NCBI GenBank assembly: GCA_963815455.1
Contig: CAWFGO010000003.1
Location: 64,001-128,000 of the forward strand
Length of the DNA: 64,000 nucleotides
Source of the DNA: an uncultured Verrucomicrobiae bacterium
GTDB lineage: Bacteria > Verrucomicrobiota > Verrucomicrobiia > Chthoniobacterales > UBA10450
Reading direction: 5' to 3'
Part shown: positions 21,571 to 32,127 of the stretch, one piece after another
How positions within the stretch are numbered: the first letter of the stretch is position 1
Layout: every line of letters begins with the position of its first letter
Position numbers and translations under genes: made by a program
Notes under the pieces: model-generated
Seen by the model: the letters and a program-made list of their open reading frames with translations, nothing else
Told to the model about the DNA's origin: nothing
Database searches by the model: none

Positions 21571-21900
21571 CTACAAGTCTGACGAATAGGCCGCCGCATT
21601 GTCACGTGCCCAGTCGAGAAAAACGCGAAGAATTTGCTGCAAGCGAGTAGGATCACCTGCGCCTTCGAATCGGCTGTCCTTGATGGCACAGCGTAACCAA
21701 GGCGCCTTTGGAACGAGCTCGTCTTTGTCGCCCTCTGAGAATGCGAAAAATGGGGCGTGCTCAAGCTCAGTCTTGTGCAAATCGATCTTGACCCACCAGC
21801 CGGGGTTATCGAGCGATTCAATAACTACGCCATACTGGTGTTCCCATTCTCCTTTGCAATGCGCCGCATACCAAACTTGAAGTTCGGAGAGTTCGTTCAT
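21571..21900 (-). CDS. Immunity protein 53 (Imm53) family (gene cassette)
   Basis: LQVWYAAHCKGEWEHQYGVVIESLDNPGWWVKIDL ... FEGAGDP..L..IL..F..W. Confidence 0.88.
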   Translation of the reverse strand: MNELSELQVWYAAHCKGEWEHQYGVVIESLDNPGWWVKIDLHKTELEHAPFFAFSEGDKDELVPKAPWLRCAIKDSRFEGAGDPTRLQQILRVFLDWARDNAAAYSSDL

Positions 21901-22032
21901 CGGCCGGCAACGAGCTGCATCTAACTAGATGTAGACGAATATTCGCCAGACATCACGAACATTTCTTCGCCCAATTCAGGATCGCGTCGGGCGATTGCAG
22001 GTAGGTCTCGGTTTCGACAGCCTGGCGTCCGC

Positions 22033-23706
22033 TTATCGTTGCAGCACCAGTTCTGCATCTGGCACTTGCCGGGCAGATTGGCCAGCTGTTTGGGCCGGTT
22101 TTCCTTCTCCGGTTTGATAGGCGAGACAGGCTTGGATGAAGCCTTTGAATAACGGGTGCGGATTGTTCGGTTTGCTTTGGAATTCCGGGTGGTATTGGCA
22201 GCCGATGAAGTAGGGGTGATCGCGGAGCTCGATGAGCTCGGCCAGGGTGCCGTCGGGGGATGTTCCGGAAATGACGAAGCCTTTTTCGTTCATTCGATCC
22301 CGATATTTCATGTTGAACTCGTACCGATGCCGGTGGCGTTCCATCACGTCGCGCGCGCCGTAGATTTTCTCGGCTAGCGTTCCTTTGCCGATCTTGGTCG
22401 GCCAGGTGCCGAGTCGCATGCTGGCGCCCAGGTTTTTCACGCCCCGTTGTTCTTCCAGAAGCGAGATAACCGGTTCCTTGGCGTCTTTGTCGAACTCGGT
22501 GCTGTTGGCGCCTTTGATCCCGCAGGCGTTCCGGGCAAACTCGATGGTCGCGACCTGCATCCCGAGGCAAAGACCGAGATACGGAACGTTGTTCTCCCGG
22601 GCAAATTGCGCGGCCTTGATTTTTCCTTCGACTCCGCGCGCACCGAAACCACCGGGAATCAGGACACCGGCAACACCCTTGAACTGGCTTTCCAAGCCGT
22701 CCTCCAACGATTCGGCATCGATGAGCTTGAGATCAATTCCGCAATCTTCGGCGGCGGCGGCGTGAGTGAGCGATTCGTAGATGCTCTTGTAGGCGTCCTG
22801 GAGATCGATGTACTTGCCGACCACAGCGATCTGGACCCGCTTTTTCGGGCTGATGACGCGCTTCACAAACTGTTTCCAATTCGCGAGATCGGGCTCGGGC
22901 GTCTTCAGACCCAACAAATCGCACACCAGTTGATCCAGTCCTTCGGCGTGAAGCATCAAGGGCACTTCGTAAACCGTATGAGCAACATCGCGCGCTTCGA
23001 TGACTGCCTTTTCCGAAACGCTGCAGAACATCGACAACTTCCGGCGCAACTCGACATCGAGTGGTCGATCGGTGCGGCAGATCAAGACCTGCGGTTGCAG
23101 ACCGATCTCGCGCAGCTTGGCCACGCTCTGTTGCGTCGGCTTCGTTTTCAATTCGGCGGCCGCTTTAATGTAGGGCACCAGCGTGACGTGCATGTTCAAC
23201 ACGTTTTGTGCGCCAACTTCCAGAATGAATTGCCGGATCGCTTCGATAAACGGTAACCCTTCGATGTCACCGGTAGTCCCGCCGATTTCGGTGACCACGA
23301 TATCGTATTTGCTTTCATCGGAAATTTCCCGGATGCGGTTCTTGATCTCATCCGTTACGTGCGGAATCACCTGCACTGTTTTGCCCAGATAATCGCCGCG
23401 GCGCTCCTTTAAAATGACGCTTTCGTAAACCTGACCGCTGGTGAGATTGTTATGCCGTGAGAGAATGCAACTGGTGAACCGTTCGTAGTGGCCAAGATCG
23501 AGATCGGTCTCGGCCCCGTCATTGAGCACGTAAACTTCGCCGTGCTGAAACGGATTCATCGTTCCAGGATCGACATTCAGATACGGATCGAATTTTTGGA
23601 AAACGACACGCAAACCGCGCGCTTCCAGAAGTGTTCCGAGCGATGCCGCGGTCAGGCCTTTACCCAGAGAACTCACGACGCCGCCTGTGACGAAAATGTA
23701 TTTCAT
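22033..23706 (-). CDS. pyrG: CTP synthase
   Basis: [30 protein letters not shown]. Confidence 0.98.
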   Translation of the reverse strand: MKYIFVTGGVVSSLGKGLTAASLGTLLEARGLRVVFQKFDPYLNVDPGTMNPFQHGEVYVLNDGAETDLDLGHYERFTSCILSRHNNLTSGQVYESVILKERRGDYLGKTVQVIPHVTDEIKNRIREISDESKYDIVVTEIGGTTGDIEGLPFIEAIRQFILEVGAQNVLNMHVTLVPYIKAAAELKTKPTQQSVAKLREIGLQPQVLICRTDRPLDVELRRKLSMFCSVSEKAVIEARDVAHTVYEVPLMLHAEGLDQLVCDLLGLKTPEPDLANWKQFVKRVISPKKRVQIAVVGKYIDLQDAYKSIYESLTHAAAAEDCGIDLKLIDAESLEDGLESQFKGVAGVLIPGGFGARGVEGKIKAAQFARENNVPYLGLCLGMQVATIEFARNACGIKGANSTEFDKDAKEPVISLLEEQRGVKNLGASMRLGTWPTKIGKGTLAEKIYGARDVMERHRHRYEFNMKYRDRMNEKGFVISGTSPDGTLAELIELRDHPYFIGCQYHPEFQSKPNNPHPLFKGFIQACLAYQTGEGKPAQTAGQSARQVPDAELVLQR

Positions 23707-23712
23707 ATTGTG

Positions 23713-23764
23713 TTGTGGCATTGGCTTCCAGCCAATGTCTTCAACGGCAAGATGCCGATGCCAC
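23713..23764. repeat. REP-like doublet (intergenic relative of the element inside tsaC)
   Basis: GTGGCATTGGCTTCCAGCCAATG...CGGCAAGATGCCGATGCCAC. Confidence 0.75.
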
Positions 23765-23797
23765 GGGGAGCAGCGAAAAAGCGTTTCATTTGCGACT

Positions 23798-24593
23798 TCA
23801 TTTTTTGTTCGACAGGCGAGACGCCTGCCGGCCCCACAGGCTGGGAGACTGGGCTACGGTTGATGCGCCGGCGAGCTTTTGCTCAAGCGCTTTTGCGTCT
23901 TCGGGCGTATCAACGCCCGGCGATCCATGTTTGGTGACGAGCACATGAACAGTTACACCATTTTCAAGCGCGCGCAATTGTTCGAGCGATTCCGTGCGTT
24001 CCAACGGGCTCGGTTTCCATTTCACAAACTGCAACAATCTTTCGCGTCGGAATCCGTAAATGCCTTGATGTCGAAAATATCTTGCCTGTGATGGATCGCG
24101 CGGGAAGGGGACCGCTGCGCGGGAGAAGTAAAGAGCGTTTCCGCTAAGTTCGACAACGACCTTTACCTGATGCGGCGAGGAAGCATCGGCGCGGTTCGGA
24201 AACGGATGAGCGGCGGTGACGATGTCGATCCTGCGATCGTCGCGGAGTTTTTCCACGATCCGATCGATCAAACGCGGATCGATCAGTGGCTCGTCGCCCT
24301 GGATATTGATGACGTAGGCGAACTGCTTCGCCTTTTTCGCGACTTCGGCGATCGCGATCGGTTCCGCTCTGATGTTTCGGCGAGGTCAAGGCAACTTCCG
24401 CGCCCCAATCGAACGCCGCGTGCGCGATCCGCATGTCGTCGGTCGCAATGATCACCGAATCAAGATTTTTCGAGCGCATGCAGCGTTCCCAGACGTGTCG
24501 CAGCAAAGGTTTGCCCGCAATCGGACAAAGCGGTTTGCCCGGGAACCGGCTTGATGCCCAGCGCGCTGGAATGATTCCGACTGCTTTATTCAT
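23798..24593 (-). CDS. kdsB: 3-deoxy-manno-octulosonate cytidylyltransferase; apparent frameshift near 24353
   Basis: [20 protein letters not shown]; continues in ORF 23798..24271 ([25 protein letters not shown]). Confidence 0.94.
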
Positions 24594-24604
24594 GCGATAA
24601 CGTC

Positions 24605-24691
24605 GTCATCCTGAGCGAAGCGGAGTCGAAGGATCCCGTCGCGCTGGCTCCCGGTTGCGCATCGGGATTCCTCGACTTCGCTCGGAATGAC
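24605..24691. repeat. GTCATCCTGAGC palindromic repeat, copy 3
   Basis: GTCATCCTGAGCGAAG...CTTCGCTCGGAATGAC. Confidence 0.85.
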
Positions 24692-24698
24692 CGGGAGA

Positions 24699-25241
24699 TC
24701 ATTGTGGTCGTTTCAAAATCAAATTTACAGCGGCGTTCAAATTATCCGCCACAAAGTCGGCGAGTCGGTTGTCGGTTTCTTTCCCATAACCGGTGCGGAC
24801 CAAAATTGTTTTCACGCCGGCGTTGCGGCCGCATTCGAGATCGCTTTTCTTGTCACCGACGAAAAACGAACGGGCAAGATCGACATCGTGATCGCGCGCG
24901 GCTTGAAAAATCATTTCCGGCGAAGGTTTGCGGCATTTGCAGCCGTCTGCGGGCAGATGCGGGCAAAAGTAGGTGGCGTCAATGACGTTGTCGCCAATTT
25001 GCCGCGAAATCTCCCGCTCCACCGCGCGATATTGCGATTCGCCAAAATATCCGCGGCCGATGCCACTTTGGTTGGTGATCACGATCAATTTGTAGCCCGA
25101 TTGTTTCAATTCGCGCAGCGCTTCCGATACACCGTTGAAAAGATCGACATCTTTCGGGTCGCCGCAGTAATCCACGTCGCGCATTAGCGTCCCGTCACGA
25201 TCCAGGAACACGGCTTGCCTTTTCGCGTTACCGGAAATCAT
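24699..25241 (-). CDS. gmhB: D-glycero-D-manno-heptose 1,7-bisphosphate phosphatase
   Basis: FLDRDGT, TNQSGIGRG, CPH..CKCRKP, VGDKKSD; lies in an LPS core operon. Confidence 0.9.
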   Translation of the reverse strand: MISGNAKRQAVFLDRDGTLMRDVDYCGDPKDVDLFNGVSEALRELKQSGYKLIVITNQSGIGRGYFGESQYRAVEREISRQIGDNVIDATYFCPHLPADGCKCRKPSPEMIFQAARDHDVDLARSFFVGDKKSDLECGRNAGVKTILVRTGYGKETDNRLADFVADNLNAAVNLILKRPQ

Positions 25242-25249
25242 TCGCGGCC

Positions 25250-25398
25250 TCTCACTAACACCGGGCTTGAGCCCGGTGGTACCCGATGGACAGTGCTGCG
25301 AACTGTTTCAACAGTTTTCTCCCTTCGATGAGAAACCGTTGAAACGGTTAGAGGTCTTGTTGGCGACGGCACCTGGCTGAAGCCAGGTGTTAATGAGA
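25250..25398. repeat. Composite palindromic repeat (four hairpins in mirror arrangement)
   Basis: TCTCACTAACACCGGGCTTGAGCCCGGTG ... AACTGTTTCAACAGTT ... AACCGTTGAAACGGTT ... CACCTGGCTGAAGCCAGGTGTTAATGAGA. Confidence 0.8.
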
Positions 25399-25406
25399 AT
25401 GCACGC

Positions 25407-26417
25407 CTAGTGCTTGTCATCATTATCGAAACTGGCGATCAATTCGTCGCGGGAAACGGTAGCGGTACCGAGCTTGCCCACGACAACGGCGCTGGCGAGA
25501 TTGGCGATCTCGGCGGCTTCGACCGGTGTCGCTTCGCAGGCCAGGGCGAGAGTAAAAAGCGCGATGGCCGTGTCGCCCGCGCCTGAAACATCGAAGACCT
25601 GGCGCGCTTTGGTCGGGATATGATGCGGCGGCTGGTTTTTTTGAAACAGCATCATCCCGTGTTCGCCCAGCGTGATCAGCAAATACTTGCTGCCCCATTT
25701 TTTTAGCAACGCTTCACCGGCGCGCACAAGATCGACATCGTCCGCCGGGGAATCGTCCGGGTCGCGCCAGGGAATTCCGGCCGCGAGAAAGGCTTCCGTG
25801 CGGTTCGGTTTCACGGCGGTGAGCCCGCTCCAATCGATAAGATTTCGCGCATTCGGGTCGGCTGCGACGATCTTGCCAGCCGCCTGTGCGTCGCGGGCGA
25901 TCTGCGCCACCAGTTCACTGGTCAGAAGGCCCTTGCCGTAATCTTCAAAAATGATCGCATCGATCTCCGGCAGGCTTTTTTTCACGGCGGCCACCACCTT
26001 TGCGATCTGGGCCGGGGAGAGGCCGGCAATTTGCTCGCGATCGACGCGAACGACCTGTTGCTGCCGGGCGATGATCCGGGTTTTGACGATGGTGTGAAAA
26101 GATTCGTCCTCGATGGCATTGGCGACGTCGATCTTCTGGCCGGCCAGCAAGTCGCGCAATTGCCGGCCACTCCGGTCTTTTCCAAGCAATCCGATGACGC
26201 CTACGCCATCGACGAACTCCCGCAGGTTGCGGGCGACATTGGCCGCGCCGCCGGGATAGAACGATTCGCCGGTTACTTCGACAACCGGCACCGGGGCCTC
26301 CGGCGAGATGCGGCCGACCTTTCCCCAAACGAATTCGTCCAGCATCAGATCGCCAATTACGAGGATTCGTTTGCCTTGTGCGCGGCCAAGAATCTGCTGC
26401 AATCTAGTCAAATCCAT
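25407..26417 (-). CDS. hldA: D-glycero-beta-D-manno-heptose-7-phosphate kinase (RfaE domain I)
   Basis: GDLMLD, RISPEAPVPV, GGAANVA, DYGKG, DVSGAGDT. Confidence 0.93.
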   Translation of the reverse strand: MDLTRLQQILGRAQGKRILVIGDLMLDEFVWGKVGRISPEAPVPVVEVTGESFYPGGAANVARNLREFVDGVGVIGLLGKDRSGRQLRDLLAGQKIDVANAIEDESFHTIVKTRIIARQQQVVRVDREQIAGLSPAQIAKVVAAVKKSLPEIDAIIFEDYGKGLLTSELVAQIARDAQAAGKIVAADPNARNLIDWSGLTAVKPNRTEAFLAAGIPWRDPDDSPADDVDLVRAGEALLKKWGSKYLLITLGEHGMMLFQKNQPPHHIPTKARQVFDVSGAGDTAIALFTLALACEATPVEAAEIANLASAVVVGKLGTATVSRDELIASFDNDDKH

Positions 26418-26571
26418 AAAAAAACGACGGGCGATGCCACCGGAGCGAGAAAATGGTTCGATTCAAGGGAGTTAAAATATCATGGTCGGCGATTGTGCGA
26501 AGCCAAGGTTCTGCTTAAAGTTGCTCCATTAATCCTGAATACGAAGACGAAATCAACAGTCGAAGGTCTCC

Positions 26572-27369
26572 ATGAGTCTATTTCTTAAGTATCTGAAACT
26601 GAGTGCCGTGGCCGCAATATTGGGCCCAGCGCTGTGCGCCCAAGCCGCCCCGGCCCCACAACGGATCGATGTAAAACAATTATCCAAGAGGGTGGAGGAC
26701 GTGGTGGTGCCACTGCCGAACGAAATTTTTGGTGCCCTGAACAAGCTGGGCACGGTGAACTGGAAAGAACACGTGCGCAGCGACAAGGGAAGCAATTTTA
26801 CCGAACGGCCCCGCATCGCGCTCTTGCTGGGGACGGTGATTGCCGATGGTTTCATCGCCGTGCAGGCCGAGGACGCGCCGACGGTGAAAGAAATCGGGCA
26901 ACGAGTGCTGGCGTTGTCGAAGGGAATTGGCGTGGGTAATTCCATTACTCCGCATGCCAAGGCCATCATTGAGGCGGCCGACAAACGAAGGTGGGAAAAT
27001 GTGCGCCAGGAACTCGATCGGACCCAGAACAGCGTGCAGCAGGCGATGAACGAAGTGCAGGACCAGAAACTCTCCGAACTGGTGAGTCTGGGCGGCTGGC
27101 TGCGCGGAACACAGGTATTGACCTCCGTGGTGTCGAAGAAGTTTTCCCACGAGGGCGCGGAGTTGCTGCATCAACCGGACCTGGTCGATCATTTTCAGAG
27201 CAAACTCGGGATGCTGCCGGACAATTACAACGTGCCCATCGTGCGCGAAATTCAAGGTGCCCTTTCCGAGGTTAAGCCGTTAATTGACGGCCAAATCTCC
27301 GCTGTTTCGGTGAAAAAAATCAATGAGATCACGACGAAGCTCGATCACGGCATTGTCACGAAAAACTAG
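26572..27369 (+). CDS. Hypothetical exported alpha-helical protein
   Basis: Signal peptide; 265-aa ORF with host-like codon pattern. Confidence 0.8.
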   Translation: MSLFLKYLKLSAVAAILGPALCAQAAPAPQRIDVKQLSKRVEDVVVPLPNEIFGALNKLGTVNWKEHVRSDKGSNFTERPRIALLLGTVIADGFIAVQAEDAPTVKEIGQRVLALSKGIGVGNSITPHAKAIIEAADKRRWENVRQELDRTQNSVQQAMNEVQDQKLSELVSLGGWLRGTQVLTSVVSKKFSHEGAELLHQPDLVDHFQSKLGMLPDNYNVPIVREIQGALSEVKPLIDGQISAVSVKKINEITTKLDHGIVTKN

Positions 27370-27379
27370 ATTTTCCTCC

Positions 27380-27829
27380 ATGAACCGCTTCGCCAAAATT
27401 GCTGCGCGCCGAGGTTCGATTCTCGCGACGCTGTTCGTGCTTCAGGCGACCGTGGCCGCCTCGGTCGATGACGCGCAATCGTTCGCCCTCCAAGCGGCCG
27501 AGCCTTATGTAAAAGAAGGGTTTCAGGTCCGCGAGGATTATTGGGGCGGCGATCTGGGCGTGGCGGAAAAGAAGGCCGTCCGTCAGCAATTGTTCAAGGG
27601 CAACGAGTACTGGTTCTGGATGGGTACCGACGTCGAGCGAGCCAAGATTTCGGTGCATATTTACGACTCGGAAGGAAAACTGGCCGAGCAATCGGACGGC
27701 TGGGAGAAGGGGCACTTCGCGGCGGCTCATATCATACCGCAGAGCACCGGGAGCTATTTTATCATCGTCAACGTCGAGGAATCCCCAGACGAACGCACTC
27801 ACTGGGCGCTGGTGTACGGTTTCCGCTAA
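27380..27829 (+). CDS. Hypothetical exported beta-rich protein
   Basis: ATG 10 nt after the previous stop; signal peptide; QLFKGNEYWFW. Confidence 0.8.
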   Translation: MNRFAKIAARRGSILATLFVLQATVAASVDDAQSFALQAAEPYVKEGFQVREDYWGGDLGVAEKKAVRQQLFKGNEYWFWMGTDVERAKISVHIYDSEGKLAEQSDGWEKGHFAAAHIIPQSTGSYFIIVNVEESPDERTHWALVYGFR

Positions 27830-27899
27830 GAGCGCGAGTGAATCGATTGTCGATCTTGTTTCGAGAGAGGGCGATTAGCAGACGCGGCATCTTCATGCC

Positions 27900-28875
27900 A
27901 TGACCGAAACACGCACATTGGAGTTTGAGAGCCCGCGCACGTTGCAAATGCTGTACGCGAACGATCTTACGCTGCTAAAGAATCTGGAAAACACGCTCGG
28001 AGTGAAAGTGACGACGCGGGAGGGATGGGTAAAACTCGAGGGAGAGCCTGAGAAGATCGACAAGGCACAAAGGGTGTTCAATCAACTGGAAGAGGTTCGG
28101 CAAAAAGGTGTGCCGATCCACAAACATGAATTCAACTACGCGTTGAATTCTGTGACCGAGGCGCGCGACGGCGATCTTGGGGACGTCGTCTCAACGAAGA
28201 TCATCACGTCGTCGCGCAAGCCGCCGATCGTGGCCCGAAGCGCCAACCAGCGCAATTACGTCGAAGCGATTCAAAAGCACGACGTCGTTTTTGGAATCGG
28301 GCCGGCCGGCACCGGCAAGACTTATCTGGCGGTGGCGATGGCGGTCGCGGCGCTCAAGAAAGAACAAATTGCGCGCATCATCCTGACCCGGCCCGGCGGT
28401 GGAAGCGGGCGAGGCCCTTGGATTTCTTCCCGGCGATCTCGAACAAAAGATCACGCCGTATTTGCGGCCGCTTTACGACGCCTTGCGCGACATGTTGGAA
28501 CCGGACGAGATGGAACGAGCCCTGGCCCGGCAGACCATTGAGGTCGCGCCGCTGGCCTACATGCGCGGTCGCACGTTAAGCAACGCTTTTGTCATTCTCG
28601 ATGAAGCGCAAAACACCACCACCGAGCAGATGTTCATGCTGCTGACGCGGATTGGGCTGGGTTCCAAGTGCGTGGTGACCGGCGACGTGACTCAGATCGA
28701 TTTGCCGTCAAACAGGCGCTCCGGAGTAGTGGAAGCGCTCCAGGCCTTGAAAAGTGTGCCCGGAATAGCGACCGTTTATTTCACCGAGCGCGACGTGGTG
28801 CGCCACGAACTGGTCCGCGCCATTATCAACGCCTATCAACAACACCGGTCGCCCGCACCAAACACGCGAAAATAA
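27900..28875 (+). CDS. phoH: PhoH family ATPase; apparent frameshift near 28395
   Basis: [15 protein letters not shown] then [34 protein letters not shown]. Confidence 0.94.
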
Positions 28876-28893
28876 TTAAGATCGACAATAACC

Positions 28894-30536
28894 ATGCTCG
28901 ATTTCCTCAAACGCAGCCGGCTCATTCGACGCGGACTCGCCTCGAAAAAGACCCGCCGGCGCCGGACGCGCAACGAGCTGCTTCAGAGCCTGGAATGCGC
29001 GAACTACGTCAAGATCGTCATTCTGGCTGGATTCGTTGCCGGACTGGCGTTTCTCATTTTTAGCGGCCAACAACCGGAACCGACGAAGAATTTCGTCATC
29101 GCGCTGCTGTTTCTTGCCGTCGCGGTGACCCAGCTTGTGGATCAACCAGCCCAAGACGTTTTCGCAAAACTCGCGCGTCCTCCTGGTCTTCGGCATTATG
29201 CTCGTGCAACTGGCAGCGACGAAGCTTCTGCTCGGCCTTTGCAACGGCGGCACATTCAAATTCCTGAAGCCGGAAATGGGCGTGTTGATCGCGCCCTATG
29301 CATTCGCGCCGCTGGTGTTGAGCGTGTTGCTCGGGCGAAACCACGGACTTTATGCCGCCGTCTCAGTCAGTCTTTGGAGCAGCATTTTGTTTGGGGCAAT
29401 CGACGCGCCGCTCCTGGTTTGCGGTCTGATCAGCGGATTCACCGCGGTCTATCTCACGCTGCAGGTGCGCCGGCGGAGCAAACTGATCCGGGCTGGTCTC
29501 GGCGTCGGGCTCGCCATCTGGCTGCTCTCACTCGCTTTCGGGCTCATCGGTCCGATTAATCTGTTTCCACCGACCGCGAACGATTGGGGAATGATCGGCG
29601 TGCAAAGCGCGCTGGCCATTGGCAACGGATTGGTTACCGCGATGGTCGTTGGCGGGAGTCTTGCCGATCCTCGAACACCTGTTTCAGATCACGACCGATA
29701 TTTCCTGGCTGGAAGCGTCCGACCTGAATCATCCGTTGCTGCGCCGGATGACGATCGAGGCGCCCGGCACGTATCATCACAGCCTGGTGGTGGCGAACCT
29801 GGCCGAGGCCGCGGCGGAAGCGATCGGCGCAAATGCCACGCTCTGCCGGGTCTGCGCCTATTTTCACGATGTCGGCAAATTGGTTAAGCCGGAATACTTC
29901 ACCGAGAACATGAATTTCGAGCGCAACCCGCACGACGATCTGGCGCCGACCATGAGCGCGTTGATCATCATGGCGCACGTAAAGGAAGGGGTGGATCTGG
30001 CGCTGAAGAACAAACTGAATCTGCGCATCATCGACATCATCCAGGAGCATCACGGCACATCGCTGGTTTATTATTTCTACCAGCGCGCCATTCAACAGCA
30101 GGAAGATGCCCGGGCCGGTGGAAAAATCATGAACATGCGGGCGGAAGACATTCCCGAAGTGCAGGAGGAAAGCTTCCGTTATGGCGGGCCCAAACCGCAG
30201 ACCAAGGAGAGCGCCATCGTCAGTCTCGCCGATATCGTTGAAAGTGCGTCGCGCAGTGTGGAGAAACCAACGCCGCAAAAGATCGAGCAACTCGTCCACG
30301 AGCTCATCGAGGAACGCATCGCCGACGGCCAGTTGGACGAATGCGATCTGACTCTCGGCGAAATCCATGTCATTCGGGAACGGTTCCGTTTTACTCTGAT
30401 GACGATGCTTCACACCCGCATCGCGTATCCGAAACCAGATTCCAAATTTGCCGACGAACGCGATGAATCTTTGCGGCCCGACGTGATGGCAGACACGCGC
30501 AGGCCAGCCAACGCCCCGCCGGTATCGGCCGCATAG
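28894..30536 (+). CDS. 7TM-HD phosphohydrolase (PgpH/YqfF-like); apparent frameshifts near 29135 and 29655
   Basis: TM segments over three ORFs, then EAPGTYHHS, YFHDVGK, EHHGT, LADIVE. Confidence 0.9.
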
Positions 30537-30562
30537 GTAGGGCGCGACCTCCGGGCGCGCCG
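30536..30562. repeat. GTAG-type REP-like hairpin
   Basis: GGTAGGGCGCGACCTCCGGGCGCGCCG. Confidence 0.6.
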
Positions 30563-30568
30563 ACGAAT

Positions 30569-31345
30569 ATGGCAGAGACTAGCGCATCAGTTGAGCGGTT
30601 GCGCGATTACCGCGCTGAAACCGCAATCATACTCGGCTCCGGATTAAGCTCGCTCGTGGGCGATCCGGCCGAGGATCAAATCGTTCCCTACGCAGAAGTT
30701 GCCGGCATCCCGAAACCTTCTGTCCCCGGACACGCGGGTCGTTTCGTTCTTGGCGAGATCGGCAAGGAGCGCGTAATTTTCGCCCAAGGCCGGGTCCACC
30801 TTTACGAAGGACATTCCGCGCGCGATGTCACAGCCGGAGTCCGAATCTTAGCCGAAGCGGGCATCAAACAACTCATCGTCACGAACGCAGCCGGCGCAGC
30901 GAACCCGAGCTTCAAACCGGGCGATTGGATGATGATCACCGATCACATCAATCTGACTGGAACAACGCCGTTGCTCGGCTCGGCACAGTTCATCGATATG
31001 AGCGACGCTTATTCGCCCCGGTTGCAAGAAAACTTCCGGCAAGCCGCCCGCCAGATCGACATCGTCCTGCATGAAGGCGTTTACGCCGCCTTGGTCGGTC
31101 CCCAGTATGAAACGCCAGCCGAAGTGCGAATGTTGCAAAAGCTCGCCGCCGACGCGGTCGGGATGTCCACTGTCTTGGAAGTGATACAAGCCCGCGCTCT
31201 TGGCCTCGAAGTCGCGGGCTTTTCGTGCATAACGAATCTCGCCGCCGGAATTTCCAAAGAGAAGCTCAGTCACGAAGAAGTGCTCGAGACCGGAAAAAAC
31301 GCCGCGGCGGTTTTTGGGCGGCTGCTAAAAGAAACTTTCGCTTAA
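30569..31345 (+). CDS. punA: Purine-nucleoside phosphorylase (PNP-I family)
   Basis: ILGSGL, QGRVHLYEG, TNAAG, GPQYETPAE, GMST. Confidence 0.94.
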   Translation: MAETSASVERLRDYRAETAIILGSGLSSLVGDPAEDQIVPYAEVAGIPKPSVPGHAGRFVLGEIGKERVIFAQGRVHLYEGHSARDVTAGVRILAEAGIKQLIVTNAAGAANPSFKPGDWMMITDHINLTGTTPLLGSAQFIDMSDAYSPRLQENFRQAARQIDIVLHEGVYAALVGPQYETPAEVRMLQKLAADAVGMSTVLEVIQARALGLEVAGFSCITNLAAGISKEKLSHEEVLETGKNAAAVFGRLLKETFA

Positions 31346-31502
31346 AGCAACTCGCAGGTGGGCCTGCATCACGTCTTCGTGCGTAAAAGCCGCAACGTTT
31401 ACCCGAAGATAATTCCTGATCGCCTCGTTCCGACTCTCATCGAATCCCTGTCATTAGTGACGTTCATTCATCCGACTTGTGCTGGTGCGCTTAATCGCGA
31501 AG

Positions 31503-32078
31503 TCACAACTGCGGCGGGTGGGCGCGGGGTTCTCGATCTTTCGTCGTGGCCGTTGAAGGCTGCGTGACGAATGGACCGCCTTCCATGGGTGCGGCTTCGC
31601 TGAAACCGACATCGGGCATATCGCTGGGCAGTCCTTCGAGTGGGAATTCTTTCCGTAACGGAAAAAACGGATAGCCATCCCACATCAAAATGCGGCGCAG
31701 ATCGGGGTGATGGTTGAACTTGATTCCCATCATGTCGTAAATCTCGCGCTCGTGCCAATTCGCGGTGGGCCAGATATCGGAAACGGTATCGACCGCGCCA
31801 ATGTCTTCCGAGACCTGCAATTTTAATCTCAGATGGACGGTAAGCGTCATCGAATAGAGTTCGTAGACAATCTCGAAGCGCGGTTCGTCGCCGAAATTGT
31901 CGATGCTGGTGATGTCGATCAGGTAATCGAATGAGAGTTCGTCGCGGCAGAACTTTGCCACCTCCCGCAAATCGCGGGGCAGGATCGAGAATGTCGTTTC
32001 GCCACGGAACTCGGTTTGGGCCTGAATTTTCGGACCGAAGAGTTTGCTGAGCGAGGCGAGGAGTTCGGGGCCGGTCAT
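31503..32078 (-). CDS. nuoC: NADH-quinone oxidoreductase subunit C
   Basis: WPTANWHEREIYDMMGIKF..HPDLRRIL, PLRKEFP. Confidence 0.96.
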   Translation of the reverse strand: MTGPELLASLSKLFGPKIQAQTEFRGETTFSILPRDLREVAKFCRDELSFDYLIDITSIDNFGDEPRFEIVYELYSMTLTVHLRLKLQVSEDIGAVDTVSDIWPTANWHEREIYDMMGIKFNHHPDLRRILMWDGYPFFPLRKEFPLEGLPSDMPDVGFSEAAPMEGGPFVTQPSTATTKDREPRAHPPQL

Positions 32079-32088
32079 GTTAAGGAGC

Positions 32089-32116
32089 GTTGAGGGTTGA
32101 GAGTTGAGGGTTGAGC
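32089..32116. repeat. Heptamer tandem repeat (GTTGAGG/GTTGAGA x4)
   Basis: gttgagg gttgaga gttgagg gttgagc between nuoB and nuoC. Confidence 0.75.
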
Positions 32117-32127
32117 GAAAAGCGCGG

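Noticed and set aside
21953..22032. Short coding-like stretch after pyrG (TETYLQSPDAILNWAKK)
   Set aside because: Too short to assign and has no start codon of its own.
31346..31502. Possible ncRNA or gene remnant between PNP and nuoC
   Set aside because: No recognisable RNA motif; the short minus-strand frame is interrupted by stops and matches nothing I recognise.
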